Source: Candidatus Multivoradales bacterium
GTDB lineage: Bacteria; Acidobacteriota; Thermoanaerobaculia; Multivoradales; J023
NCBI GenBank assembly: GCA_965248925.1
Contig: CBDFLE010000006.1
Coordinates: 3,264,001-3,328,000, forward strand
Direction: 5' to 3'
Length of the DNA stretch: 64,000 bases
This document shows positions 21,599 through 31,263 of the stretch, piece after piece. Every line of letters begins with the position of its first letter. The first letter of the stretch is position 1. Position numbers and translations under genes: made by a program. The notes beneath the pieces are model-generated. The model did not search any database, was not told the origin of the DNA, and saw only the letters and a program-made list of their open reading frames with translations.

Positions 21599-21619
21599 GC
21601 GCCTAGATTTGGGCGGCGA
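21583..21619 (+). repeat. Right copy of 37-bp direct repeat
   Basis: AGAGTCGCCGCGCTGAGCGCCTAGATTT-G-GGCGGCGA. Confidence 0.92.
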
Positions 21620-23009
21620 TCTCGCGCAGCACTTCCACCGCCAGCAGCACGTCGTCCCGCGTGCAGTCGAACTGCCCCACTTGAAAGCGGATGACGAACT
21701 TCCGGTCGTGGGTTGTTTGGGTGAGGTAGATGCGGCCATCGTCGTTGATGGCGCGTAGTAGGCGTTCGCTGGCGATGTCGGCGTTCTCCCCCGTGGGGGC
21801 GTACTGAAAAGTGAAGAGGGAGAAGCGGCAGTCGGTGATCAGCCGGAAATTGTCGAGAGCAGCGATGGCTTGGGCCGCTTCGCGACTCCACGCTAGATGA
21901 TTGCGGATCCGCTGGCGCAAGCCTTCGAGGCCGTGGGCGCGGAGCAGGAACCACAATTTCAGAGCGCGAAAACGACGGCCCAGGGGCACTGTCCACTCGT
22001 TGTAGTTGATCACCACATCGTCTCGGCCGAGGGTCTTCAAGTAGTCGGGGCGCAGCCCCAGAGTGCGCACCTGTGGGCCAGGGTCGGCGAGAAACTGGAC
22101 CGAGCAATCGAATTGGGCGCCGAGCCATTTGTGGGGATTGAAGACAATGCTATCGGCATCCTCGATGCCGTCCCAGACCTCGCGCAGCTCAGGACAGATC
22201 ATCGCCGATCCGGCCCAAGCCGCGTCGACATGCACGTAAAGATCCTCGGCGCGGGCCACGGCGATCGCCGCCCGCAGTCGGTCTGAAGCTCCGATCGAGG
22301 TGCCGCCGATGCACAGCACCACCCCGGCGGGCACCCGTCCGGCGGCTCGGTCTTCGGCGATCGCTTGCTGCAAGGCGGCTGGGTCGAGGGCCCAATCGTC
22401 ATCGGTCGCCACTTTGACCAGATTCTGCTGGCCGATGCCGGCGATGCGGATGGATTTGTCGATCGAGGAATGGGCCTGGTCCGAGGCATAGATCCGCAGC
22501 GGCGCTTCGCCCGCCAAGCCGGACTCAAGCCCGCGCCAGGCCAGTGCCCGCTCGCGCATGGTCAGCACCGCCGACAGGGTTGCCGAGGTCGCCGTGTCTT
22601 GGATCACGCCGGAGAACCCCGCCGGCAGACCCAGAGCCTGGCGTAGCCAATCGACCATTCGGGTCTCGATCTCGGTCGCCGCTGGAGAGGTCTGCCACAG
22701 CATGCATTGGGCGGCGATGGTATTTGCCAGCTGCTCGGCAATCATCGATACCGGGGCGGCGTTGGCGGCGAAGTAGGCGAAAAACCGAGGGTGTTGCCAG
22801 TGGGTCATGGCGTCGGGCACGATGCGCTCGAAATCAGCGAAGATGGTCTCCATGTCGACCGGCTGCTCCGGGGGCTCGCTGGGTAGCTTGGCGGCGGTGG
22901 CGCCGGGCTCGGTCTGGGCTCGCACCGGTCGGTCGCGCAAGGTCGCCAGGTAGTCCGCGCTCCACTGGGCCGCGCGACGCGCCCACTCGAGGTAATCCTC
23001 TCGCTTCAT
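21603..23009 (-). CDS. PLP-dependent group II (aromatic-L-amino-acid-type) decarboxylase
   Basis: HWQHPRFFAYF, SPAATEIE, HVDAAWAG, FNPHKWL, LGRRFRALKLW. Confidence 0.93.
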   Translation of the reverse strand: MKREDYLEWARRAAQWSADYLATLRDRPVRAQTEPGATAAKLPSEPPEQPVDMETIFADFERIVPDAMTHWQHPRFFAYFAANAAPVSMIAEQLANTIAAQCMLWQTSPAATEIETRMVDWLRQALGLPAGFSGVIQDTATSATLSAVLTMRERALAWRGLESGLAGEAPLRIYASDQAHSSIDKSIRIAGIGQQNLVKVATDDDWALDPAALQQAIAEDRAAGRVPAGVVLCIGGTSIGASDRLRAAIAVARAEDLYVHVDAAWAGSAMICPELREVWDGIEDADSIVFNPHKWLGAQFDCSVQFLADPGPQVRTLGLRPDYLKTLGRDDVVINYNEWTVPLGRRFRALKLWFLLRAHGLEGLRQRIRNHLAWSREAAQAIAALDNFRLITDCRFSLFTFQYAPTGENADIASERLLRAINDDGRIYLTQTTHDRKFVIRFQVGQFDCTRDDVLLAVEVLREIAAQI

Positions 23010-23019
23010 ACGCTTTAGT

Positions 23020-25392
23020 TTAGCGCCGGCTTTGGGCTGCTGAACCGACGGCGTAGAGGTCGCGGTAGTGGTTGCGGCTGGTCAGCACTTTGGTGAGGTA
23101 GTTGCGGGTTTCCTGGAAGGCCACCTTGGTGAGGTATTCTTCGGGCTCGTTCGACAGGCAATAGCGCTGCCATAGGGCCGCCTGGAGTTCGCCAGCGTTG
23201 TAGGCCGCTATGGCGGGCTCGGTCGAACCAGCGAAAAGCTTGCCGAGTTCAGCGAGGTAGGCGGCGCCGAGGGCGATGGCGACCTCTGGCCGATCGAGAT
23301 CGGCGGGCAGCAGATCGTCGATGCCGATCTTGGGAGCGATCCGCCGTGCCGTCGGGAAAACGAATTGGGTCAGGCCACGGGCGGCGGCGGCGGAGAAAGC
23401 GTTGGGGTCGAAACGGCTCTCTTCGCGAATCACCCCGGCCAGCAGCAGCGGGTCGATGCCGTGACGCTCGGCTTCGCGCAGCAGCGGCAGGCTGTAGCTT
23501 AGCGGGTAGAGCAGCCGCCGGTAGGCGACCGGCATCAGTTGCTGTGGAATGCGTTTGGGAATGCGCTTGGCCAGCACCTCGGCGACGTAGAGCGAGCGGT
23601 GGGTGTTGCCAGCCTGGGCGAGGATCAGACTGCCGGTGTAGGCCAATTCAGGGTCGGCGACCGGGAAGTGGCGCAGTAGCACCGAGGCGCCCTCTTCGAA
23701 AACCCCGAGGGCGAGCAACATCTCTTCGGGCTGCTGCAAGGCCGCCTGCCACAGCGGCCAGCTGGCGGTGGGCCGCAGCTCGAATTTCAAGTAGGGAGCG
23801 AGCTGACGATCCGCGGCTAACAACGCCTCGAGGCGGCGGCGGGTCGCGGCGCCGCGAGGGTGTTCGTCGCCGAGCAGCAACCATGCACGGTAGAGATCCT
23901 CGGCTCGGCTCGAGGCCGCTAGTGCCAAGCCGGAGCGCGCCGCCTGGGCGGCTAGCACCGGTCCTTTCAGGCGGCTGCGCGCGGCTTCGGCGAAGGGGTC
24001 CAGGGGGCGCTGGCGAAGGACTTTCAAATAGCGCTCGACGGCCTCGATCGGCAGACCGGCGGTTTCGGCTCGGCGGCCCTGCCAATAACTCAGCTCCGGG
24101 TCTTTAATTCCCAAGCTAGCGGCCTCGCCGAGCCAGCCGCTAGCTCGATCGGTCCGACCGGTGGCCAAGTCCGAGGTCGCCAGAAAAAGCGCCGCCCGGC
24201 CTTGGGTGCCGCGCCAGCGGCGTTCGCCTAGGGCGGCATAGGCTTGCAATGCTTGATTTTCATTGGCCTGTAGCCATTGCAAGCGCATGAACGACATCAG
24301 CGCCGCGCCGGCCCAGCCGCTGGTCGGGTCGGCCTGGTAGACCAGCTGATACACTGCCCCCGCCTTGGGCCACTGGTCGGCGAGTTCCAGCGAGCGGCCT
24401 TGTTGGTAGAGAGCCTGGGCGCGTCGCCGGGGATCGGCGGTCTTGGCCGCCACCAAGCCGAAAGCGCGGGCCGCGGTCTCGTGGCGCCCTTCCCAGAAGT
24501 GGCTGCGGGCGACCGCGTAGCGACACTCGAAAACCTCGTTTCGAGAGATGTTGTTGGCGCTCGAAAGCTGACCGAGGGTGCGCTGGAGATGGCGCATGGC
24601 ACTGTCGAACTCTCGGTGGCGATAGAAGGCCAGGCCGATCAAGAGATGATCGCGGGCGCTGCCGCCATCGATGCTTAGCGTCTGCAAGCGCTCGGCGGCG
24701 CCACGGGCCACCGGATCACCGCGTTCGGTTTCGAGCAGCTCTTTCAGCAGTTCGCGGGCGCGCTCCGCTTGGTCGCCGCGCAGCGCGCAATCGGCCTGCA
24801 CCAGCTCCAGGCGCCGGCGTTCGGCGACTTTCCAGCCACGGCTTTCCAAATTGCGCAACACCCGGCAATCTCCGCCTTGCTTGAGGGAACGGTGCAGCAG
24901 ATCGACCGAGGGTCTGATCAACACTCGCGGCACTTCGCCGGCCAGCAGAGTGGCGACGAGGCCGGCCGCTACTTCCGGGTGGCCGAGGCGGTCCTGCTCG
25001 ACCGCCAAGCGATAGCGACTGTAGGAACCGAGCTGGGGAGCACTGCTCATAGTGCTGGCGAAGGCTTGCAGAGCTTCGCTGTGGCGCTCCAAGCGCAGCA
25101 GCAGGTGGCCGCGCAAATACTCCAGGCCGAGGCGGCGGGCTTGGTCCGGGTCGCTGCTCAGCCGGGCTTCGACGACCTCCAGAGCGCCGCGGTGATCGCG
25201 CACGATTTGCAGTTCGACCGCCTGGATCCGCAGGTCGAGGTCTTCCGCGGCGCCAAGCTCAACCAGCACCAGGGCGACGGCGCCGGCCACGGCTGTCCAT
25301 CGCCAGTGACGGTGGCTGTGGGGCGGCTGTTGGATGATGGGGCGCATGGTGGCTTTGGCTGTTGGCTCCGCGGCCGCCGCTGCGTGACTCAA
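23020..25392 (-). CDS. Soluble lytic transglycosylase (Slt70-like, TPR + SLT domain)
   Basis: IREESRF, ARGLTQF, AAYNAG, ETRNYL, with N-terminal TPR helices. Confidence 0.9.
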   Translation of the reverse strand: MSHAAAAAEPTAKATMRPIIQQPPHSHRHWRWTAVAGAVALVLVELGAAEDLDLRIQAVELQIVRDHRGALEVVEARLSSDPDQARRLGLEYLRGHLLLRLERHSEALQAFASTMSSAPQLGSYSRYRLAVEQDRLGHPEVAAGLVATLLAGEVPRVLIRPSVDLLHRSLKQGGDCRVLRNLESRGWKVAERRRLELVQADCALRGDQAERARELLKELLETERGDPVARGAAERLQTLSIDGGSARDHLLIGLAFYRHREFDSAMRHLQRTLGQLSSANNISRNEVFECRYAVARSHFWEGRHETAARAFGLVAAKTADPRRRAQALYQQGRSLELADQWPKAGAVYQLVYQADPTSGWAGAALMSFMRLQWLQANENQALQAYAALGERRWRGTQGRAALFLATSDLATGRTDRASGWLGEAASLGIKDPELSYWQGRRAETAGLPIEAVERYLKVLRQRPLDPFAEAARSRLKGPVLAAQAARSGLALAASSRAEDLYRAWLLLGDEHPRGAATRRRLEALLAADRQLAPYLKFELRPTASWPLWQAALQQPEEMLLALGVFEEGASVLLRHFPVADPELAYTGSLILAQAGNTHRSLYVAEVLAKRIPKRIPQQLMPVAYRRLLYPLSYSLPLLREAERHGIDPLLLAGVIREESRFDPNAFSAAAARGLTQFVFPTARRIAPKIGIDDLLPADLDRPEVAIALGAAYLAELGKLFAGSTEPAIAAYNAGELQAALWQRYCLSNEPEEYLTKVAFQETRNYLTKVLTSRNHYRDLYAVGSAAQSRR

Positions 25393-26645
25393 CCTGGCAG
25401 ACGTTCGACCTGGGCACCCAGAGCGTGCAAATTCGATTCCATCGCCTCATAGCCACGGTCGAGGTGGTAGATCCGATCGACCTCGGTGTCGCCGTGGGCC
25501 ACCAGGCCGGCCAACACCAGACTGGCCGAGGCGCGTAGATCGGTGGCCATCACCTTGGCGCCAGAGAGTCTGCTAGAGCCCTTGACGATGGCGTCGGCGC
25601 CCTCGATGTGGATCTCCGCCCCCATGCGATTGAGTTCTGGGACGTGCTGAAAGCGGTTTTCGAACACCGTTTCGCAAATCCGTGACACTCCTTCCGCCTG
25701 GGTCATCAGCGCCATGTACTGGGCTTGCAAGTCTGTGGGGAAGCCAGGATGGGGAGCGGTGGCGGCGTCTCGCGCCTTGATCGGCCCGCGGTGGCGGACG
25801 CGGATGCCATGGGCGTTTACTTCGACCGTCGCGCCGATTTCGCTCAGCAGATCGAGCAGAGGTGCCAGATCGGCGGGCTCGGCGCCGGCCACGGTGACGT
25901 CGCCACGGGTCATTACGGCGCCGATCAAGTAGGTTCCAGTCTGGATCCGATCGGTGCATACGGTATGGCGGGTGCCGTGCAGCTGATCGACTCCCTCAAT
26001 GGTCATGGTGGACTCACCAGCGCCTTTGATTTGGCCACCCATGGCATTCAGGAGTTCGGCCAGATTGACGATCTCCGGCTCGCGGGCGCAATTCTCCAGC
26101 AGCGTCGTGCCGCTGGCCAGGCTGGCGGCCATCATCAAGTTCTCGGTGCCGCCGACAGTCGGCATGGCGAACCGATAGCGGGCGCCGCGCAGTCGTTGGC
26201 AGCGAGCTTCGACATAACCGTGGCTAAGCTCGACTTTGGCGCCGAGGGCCTCCAGCCCGGCTAGGTGTTGGTCGATCGGTCGCACGCCGATGGCGCAGCC
26301 GCCAGGGAGTGAGACCCGCGCCCGGCCGTGGCGGGCGAGCAGCGGCCCGAGCACCAGAACACTAGCGCGCATGGTCTTGACCAGCTCATAGGGGGCCTCG
26401 GGTGGTAGCCCTCTGTCGCTCGGCCGCAGTTCCAGCACGTCGTTCCGGCGTTCGCTGTCGATGCCCAGGTGGGCCAGCAAGCGGCACATGGTGTGGATAT
26501 CTCGGACCTCGGGCACCCGTTCCAAGTGGAGCGAATCGTCGCTGAGCAGGGCGGCGGTCAACACTGGCAGGGCAGCGTTCTTGGCCCCGCTGGCCTCTAG
26601 CGTGCCGGCCAAACGGGCCGGTCCGGTGATGCGTAGTTTCTCCAT
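25389..26645 (-). CDS. murA: UDP-N-acetylglucosamine 1-carboxyvinyltransferase
   Basis: [56 protein letters not shown]. Confidence 0.97.
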   Translation of the reverse strand: MEKLRITGPARLAGTLEASGAKNAALPVLTAALLSDDSLHLERVPEVRDIHTMCRLLAHLGIDSERRNDVLELRPSDRGLPPEAPYELVKTMRASVLVLGPLLARHGRARVSLPGGCAIGVRPIDQHLAGLEALGAKVELSHGYVEARCQRLRGARYRFAMPTVGGTENLMMAASLASGTTLLENCAREPEIVNLAELLNAMGGQIKGAGESTMTIEGVDQLHGTRHTVCTDRIQTGTYLIGAVMTRGDVTVAGAEPADLAPLLDLLSEIGATVEVNAHGIRVRHRGPIKARDAATAPHPGFPTDLQAQYMALMTQAEGVSRICETVFENRFQHVPELNRMGAEIHIEGADAIVKGSSRLSGAKVMATDLRASASLVLAGLVAHGDTEVDRIYHLDRGYEAMESNLHALGAQVERLPG

Positions 26646-26846
26646 GGCAGCAGAATCCTCCCGTGGCTTGTTTGCTACTACACCCTGCCGTGTAACCATG
26701 GCCTGGATAAGGCAGAGTGGTGACAAATCGGCAACAGGTGAGATCGATGCGTCAGGGTTCTTGACACCCCTGTCGGCGCGTCGCTATCCTTCCGCCGCGT
26801 TAATAACAGAATTGCCCTGTCACGCGGGGCAACGGGAGAGCCTCTT

Positions 26847-27494
26847 TTGGCGCAGATCTTCCCGCAATGGGTCAACCGGGTGCCGTTGGTCGGCATCGGG
26901 TCTGTAGGAGTGCTGGCGCTGGTGGCGACAGCTGGCATTTGGTATTTCTTTTCGCCTGAGTTCACCGATGTGGGCTACCAGCCGGAGCAGCCGGTGCCCT
27001 ATAGCCATGCCCTGCATGTCGGTGAGTTGGGGTTGGACTGCCGCTATTGCCATTCCAACGTGGAGCGCGCCGCGATTGCCTCGGTGCCGCCCACCCAGGT
27101 GTGCATGAATTGCCACCAGTTGGTGGCGCGCGACAGCGAGAAGTTGGCGGTGATTCGCGATAGCTTCGCCACCGGCAAACCGGTCGAGTGGGTGCGAATC
27201 CACAATGTTCCGGACTATGCCTACTTCGATCACAGCATCCACATTGGTGCCGGCGTGGGCTGCTCGTCCTGCCACGGCGACATCGCCGAGATGGAAGTGG
27301 TGCGGCAGGTCAAACCGCTGAGCATGGGCTGGTGCCTCGACTGCCACCGCGATCCCGCACCCCATCTGCGGCCCCGCGACCAGATCACCAACACCAGCTG
27401 GACGGCACCAAGAGATCAGGCCCAATTTGCCGCCCAAGCGATCGACCAGCAGCAGCTGGCGCCGCCGGAGGATTGCAGCGCATGTCACCGTTGA
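26847..27494 (+). CDS. actA: Alternative complex III pentaheme cytochrome c
   Basis: MAQIFP start, TM anchor, QPVPYSHALH, five CxxCH motifs. Confidence 0.9.
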   Translation: MAQIFPQWVNRVPLVGIGSVGVLALVATAGIWYFFSPEFTDVGYQPEQPVPYSHALHVGELGLDCRYCHSNVERAAIASVPPTQVCMNCHQLVARDSEKLAVIRDSFATGKPVEWVRIHNVPDYAYFDHSIHIGAGVGCSSCHGDIAEMEVVRQVKPLSMGWCLDCHRDPAPHLRPRDQITNTSWTAPRDQAQFAAQAIDQQQLAPPEDCSACHR

Positions 27495-30400
27495 GCGATC
27501 GTGAGCGGCCGGCCGCTCAGCAGCAGAGCAGTCCGGAAGCAATCGCCTCCGGCGCCAGCAAGCACTTCGGCCCGGAGGCGGTCGCCTCTGGCAGCAGCAA
27601 GCACTATTGGCGCAGCCTGGGTCGGCTACTCGATTCACCGGCTACCGATCCTGCCAGCTGGCCTCCCGGACACGAGTTCCCTGAGGGCGCCTCCGAGCCG
27701 CCCGACGCGCTGAGTCGGCGCACCATGCTGGGTCTGATGGGTTCCTCCTTCGCCCTGGCTGGCTTGGCGGCCTGCCGGCGGCCAGTGGAGACCATTGTAC
27801 CTTACGTGCAGGCGCCGGAGACGGTGATCCCAGGCATCGCTCGCCATTTCGCCACCACCCTGACCTCGGGCAATAACGCCGTCGGCGTGGTGGTCGAGAG
27901 TCACGAGGGGAGGCCGACGAAGATCGAGGGCAACGAACTCTACCCGGGATCAGCTGGGGCGGCGGATGCGTGGACTCAAGCCTCGGTGCTGGGGCTCTAC
28001 GATCCGGATCGATCGCGGGTGGTACGCCACCGCGGTGCGGCCCCGGCCGCTGGCGATCACGGTGCGGACAGTCATGGCGCCGACTCCGCGTCGCCCAAGG
28101 ACGATAGTCTGCAGCTGTCGACCTGGCAGGACTTCGAGACTTTTTGGGCCGAGCGAGCGGCTGAGTTCGAGCGCACGGGGGGCGCCGGTTTGGCGGTGCT
28201 GAGCGCTGCCTACTCGTCGCCGACCCTGGCGCGGTTGCGCGGTCGCTTCAGCGCCCGTTTCCCCCAAGCTCTGTGGGTGACCTACGAACCCGCCGGTGAC
28301 GACAACAGTTTTGCCGGGGCCAAACTGGCCACCGGCACCGACGCACGGCCGGTTTATCACCTGGAGCGGGCACGGGTGGTGGTCACCCTCGACGCCGACT
28401 TGCTGGGTACCGAAAGCGGTGCGGTGGGCCACGCCAAAGGTTTCGCCGCCGGGCGGCGGATGGGCAGTCCCGAGGACGAGATGAACCGCCTTTTTGCGGT
28501 CGAAGGCGTCTTGTCGCTGACCGGTTCGATGGCCGATCATCGGCTGCGGCTGAGGAGCAGTCAGATCGGGGGTTTCGCTGCCGCCCTGGCCGCTGCCGTC
28601 GGCGCCGACGTGACGGCGCCGCAGCTCGCTGGTGAGCCGGCGGCGCGGTTGGCAACCATGGCGGCCGACCTGCGCCGCGCTGGCAGCGCCGCACTGGTGG
28701 TGGCCGGTCGTCGGCAGCCACCAGCGGTCCATGCCTGGGCTCTGCTGATCAATCAGACCTTGGGTTCATTGGGCAACACGGTAGAGCTGTTTGGGCTCAA
28801 AGATTCGGCTTATGGGGGTCCATTGGCCCTCGCTCCGCTGGCTACCGCGATGCAGGCTGGTGAGATCGACACGCTGGTGATGCTGGATAGCAATCCAGCT
28901 TACGACGCACCGGCGGATCTCGGTTTTGCCGCGGCGCTCGCAGCGGTTCCCCATGCCGTTCACCTGGGGCTCCATGTTGACGAGACCGCTCGGGCCTGTG
29001 AATGGCAGCTACCGCAGAGTCATTATTTGGAGGCTTGGGGCGACGCGCGCGGGGCCGAGGGCACCCGCTCGGTAGTGCAGCCGTTGATCGCGCCGTTGCA
29101 TGACAGCCGCAGTGCGGTCGAGCTGTTGGCGTTGCTGGCCGGTGAGTCCGAAACCGTGGGCTACACCCTGGTGCGGGCCAGTTGGAGTGAGGCCGGGGTC
29201 GGTGATGTTGCTTGGCGCAAGCTGTTGCACGATGGTCTCGACAGCGCCGCCGGTGGTGCCGCCTTGAGTGCCACGGTCACGGTCGCTGATGGCGCCCTGG
29301 ACGAGACGGTCTCCAGCGCCGGGTTGGAAGTTGATTTCCTGGTCTCCCTCAGCGTGGCTGATGGCCGCTTCGCCAACAACGCCTGGTTGCAAGAGCTGCC
29401 CGATCCGGTGTCCAAACTGGTCTGGGACAACGCCCTCTTCATCAGCCCCGGAACTGCTGCTGAGCAGGATTTGGCAACGGGTGACCGAGTCCGAGTTAGC
29501 CAGGGCGATCTGGCCATCGAGGCGCCGATCTTCGTCCTGCCGGGTCTGGCCGATGGCACCTTGGCGATCGAACTTGGCTTCGGCCGTCAGGCCGCTGGGC
29601 GGGTCGGCGACGGGGTCGGAGTCGATGCTTATGCTCTGCGCACGGTGGCGGCACCGTGGACTGTCGGCGGAGTACAGCTGAAGAAGATCAGCGGCCACCA
29701 AGAATTGGTCCAGACCCAGGAGCACGGCTCGATGGAGGGGCGCCCGCTGGTGCGCGAGAGCACCCTCGATGAATACCGAGCCCATCCCCATTTCGCCAGG
29801 GAGATGGTCGAGAGGCTGCCGCGGTCGCAGCTGTTCCCAGATTTTGACTACAGCGAAGGTCCCCAATGGGGCATGTCGATCGACCTCAACTCCTGCACCG
29901 GTTGCAACGCTTGTGTGGTGGCTTGTCAGGCGGAGAACAACATTCCGGTGGTCGGCCGCGACCAGATCAACCGTGGCCGGGAAATGCACTGGCTGCGGAT
30001 CGACCGCTATTTCGCTGGAGATCTCAGCGATCCCGAGGTGGTGTTCCAGCCGATTCCTTGCATGCACTGCGAGAATGCCCCCTGCGAGCAAGTCTGCCCG
30101 GTGGCCGCCACTGTGCACGATCGCAATGGCATCAACGCGATGGTCTACAACCGCTGTATCGGCACTCGCTACTGTTCGAACAACTGTCCTTATAAAGTGC
30201 GTCGATTCAATTTCTTCAACTACACCAAGGACACCCCCGAGCTGGTCAAGATGGCGATGAATCCGGATGTCTCGGTACGCTCGCGCGGGGTGATGGAGAA
30301 GTGCTCCTACTGCAACCAGCGGATCAATGAGGCGCAGATCGTCGCCAAACGTGCCGGACGGCCGCTGGTCGATGGCGATATCCAGACCGCTTGTCAGCAG

Positions 30401-30574
30401 ACCTGTCCCACCGACGCGATCGTCTTTGGCGATATTCGCGACGCTAACAGCCAGGTGACGGCGCGCAAGGCTCAGGAGCGTGACTACACGGTGCTCGAGG
30501 AACTCAACAATCGGCCGCGCACCACCTACTTGGCCAAGCTGCGCGACCCGAACCCCGATTGGGGCACGGCTTGA
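27482..30574 (+). CDS. actB: Alternative complex III subunit B (molybdopterin-oxidoreductase-like + FeS domain)
   Basis: YWRSL, Tat motif SRRTML, EGRPTKIEGN, FANNAWLQELPDP, CTGCNACVVAC, CMHCENAPCEQVCP, CIGTRYCSNNCP. Track start 27188 overlaps actA. Confidence 0.93.
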   Translation: MSPLSDRERPAAQQQSSPEAIASGASKHFGPEAVASGSSKHYWRSLGRLLDSPATDPASWPPGHEFPEGASEPPDALSRRTMLGLMGSSFALAGLAACRRPVETIVPYVQAPETVIPGIARHFATTLTSGNNAVGVVVESHEGRPTKIEGNELYPGSAGAADAWTQASVLGLYDPDRSRVVRHRGAAPAAGDHGADSHGADSASPKDDSLQLSTWQDFETFWAERAAEFERTGGAGLAVLSAAYSSPTLARLRGRFSARFPQALWVTYEPAGDDNSFAGAKLATGTDARPVYHLERARVVVTLDADLLGTESGAVGHAKGFAAGRRMGSPEDEMNRLFAVEGVLSLTGSMADHRLRLRSSQIGGFAAALAAAVGADVTAPQLAGEPAARLATMAADLRRAGSAALVVAGRRQPPAVHAWALLINQTLGSLGNTVELFGLKDSAYGGPLALAPLATAMQAGEIDTLVMLDSNPAYDAPADLGFAAALAAVPHAVHLGLHVDETARACEWQLPQSHYLEAWGDARGAEGTRSVVQPLIAPLHDSRSAVELLALLAGESETVGYTLVRASWSEAGVGDVAWRKLLHDGLDSAAGGAALSATVTVADGALDETVSSAGLEVDFLVSLSVADGRFANNAWLQELPDPVSKLVWDNALFISPGTAAEQDLATGDRVRVSQGDLAIEAPIFVLPGLADGTLAIELGFGRQAAGRVGDGVGVDAYALRTVAAPWTVGGVQLKKISGHQELVQTQEHGSMEGRPLVRESTLDEYRAHPHFAREMVERLPRSQLFPDFDYSEGPQWGMSIDLNSCTGCNACVVACQAENNIPVVGRDQINRGREMHWLRIDRYFAGDLSDPEVVFQPIPCMHCENAPCEQVCPVAATVHDRNGINAMVYNRCIGTRYCSNNCPYKVRRFNFFNYTKDTPELVKMAMNPDVSVRSRGVMEKCSYCNQRINEAQIVAKRAGRPLVDGDIQTACQQTCPTDAIVFGDIRDANSQVTARKAQERDYTVLEELNNRPRTTYLAKLRDPNPDWGTA

Positions 30575-30630
30575 GCAGCTCGCGACGGTCGAACTAGACT
30601 GGCGAACATAGGTTGATCGAGGAAGACTCC

Positions 30631-31218
30631 GTGGTGCGAAAACTGACCCTCAATTTCGTTGTTTTGGCTTTGCTGCTCGGTTCGCTGAGCGGTTGTATGC
30701 GTGGCAGTACGTCTCCACGGGCGCCGATCCATCCGAATCCGAACATGGACCTGCAGCCCAAATATCGGGCGCAGGCGGCCAGCGCCTTCTTCTACGATGG
30801 GGCCACAATGCGACCGCAGGTGGCCCACACCGTGGCCCGTGGCGAATTGCGTGAGGACACCGCATTGTGGGATGGGGTCGATGCCGAGGGTAGTTTCGTG
30901 ACCACCAACCCCTTGCCTGTCGATGCCGAAATCCTGGCCCGCGGTGTCGAGCGGTATCAGATTTACTGCACTCCGTGTCATGGCGACAATGGCAAGGGTC
31001 GGGGAGCGCTTTACGACCGCGCTGGGGTGGAAGCCGGCGACCTTCATGAACCGCGGATTGTCGAAATGCCCGCCGGGCAACTCTTCGATGTGATCACCAA
31101 TGGCGTTGGCCTGATGGCGGGCTATCGCTATCCGATCCCTTCCGAGGACCGCTGGGCGATCATCGCCTATGTGCGGCAGTTGCAGGGTGCGCAGCCGCAG
31201 AGTGAAGGTGGATCCTAG
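30631..31218 (+). CDS. actE: Alternative complex III monoheme lipoprotein
   Basis: Lipobox LSGC, NMDLQPKY, TVARG, CTPCHG, DRWAIIAYVRQLQ. Confidence 0.85.
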   Translation: MVRKLTLNFVVLALLLGSLSGCMRGSTSPRAPIHPNPNMDLQPKYRAQAASAFFYDGATMRPQVAHTVARGELREDTALWDGVDAEGSFVTTNPLPVDAEILARGVERYQIYCTPCHGDNGKGRGALYDRAGVEAGDLHEPRIVEMPAGQLFDVITNGVGLMAGYRYPIPSEDRWAIIAYVRQLQGAQPQSEGGS

Positions 31219-31263
31219 ATCCGGCTCCCGCGACTTTGGGGAGCCATCAAACGAGGTGAGGAC

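Larger units (their letters stand above)
13202..21619. mobile_element. ~8.4-kb inserted island without recognisable integrase
   Basis: Bounded by the 37-bp direct repeat, which contains the stop codons of both convergent flanking genes. Interior has visibly AT-richer tracts and several frameshifted genes. Confidence 0.8.

Noticed and set aside
13202-21619. Prophage or ICE
   Set aside because: No integrase, structural, replication or conjugation genes recognised.
27188-27481. N-terminal extension of ActB in the ORF track
   Set aside because: Overlaps actA in another frame; family similarity begins only near YWRSL.
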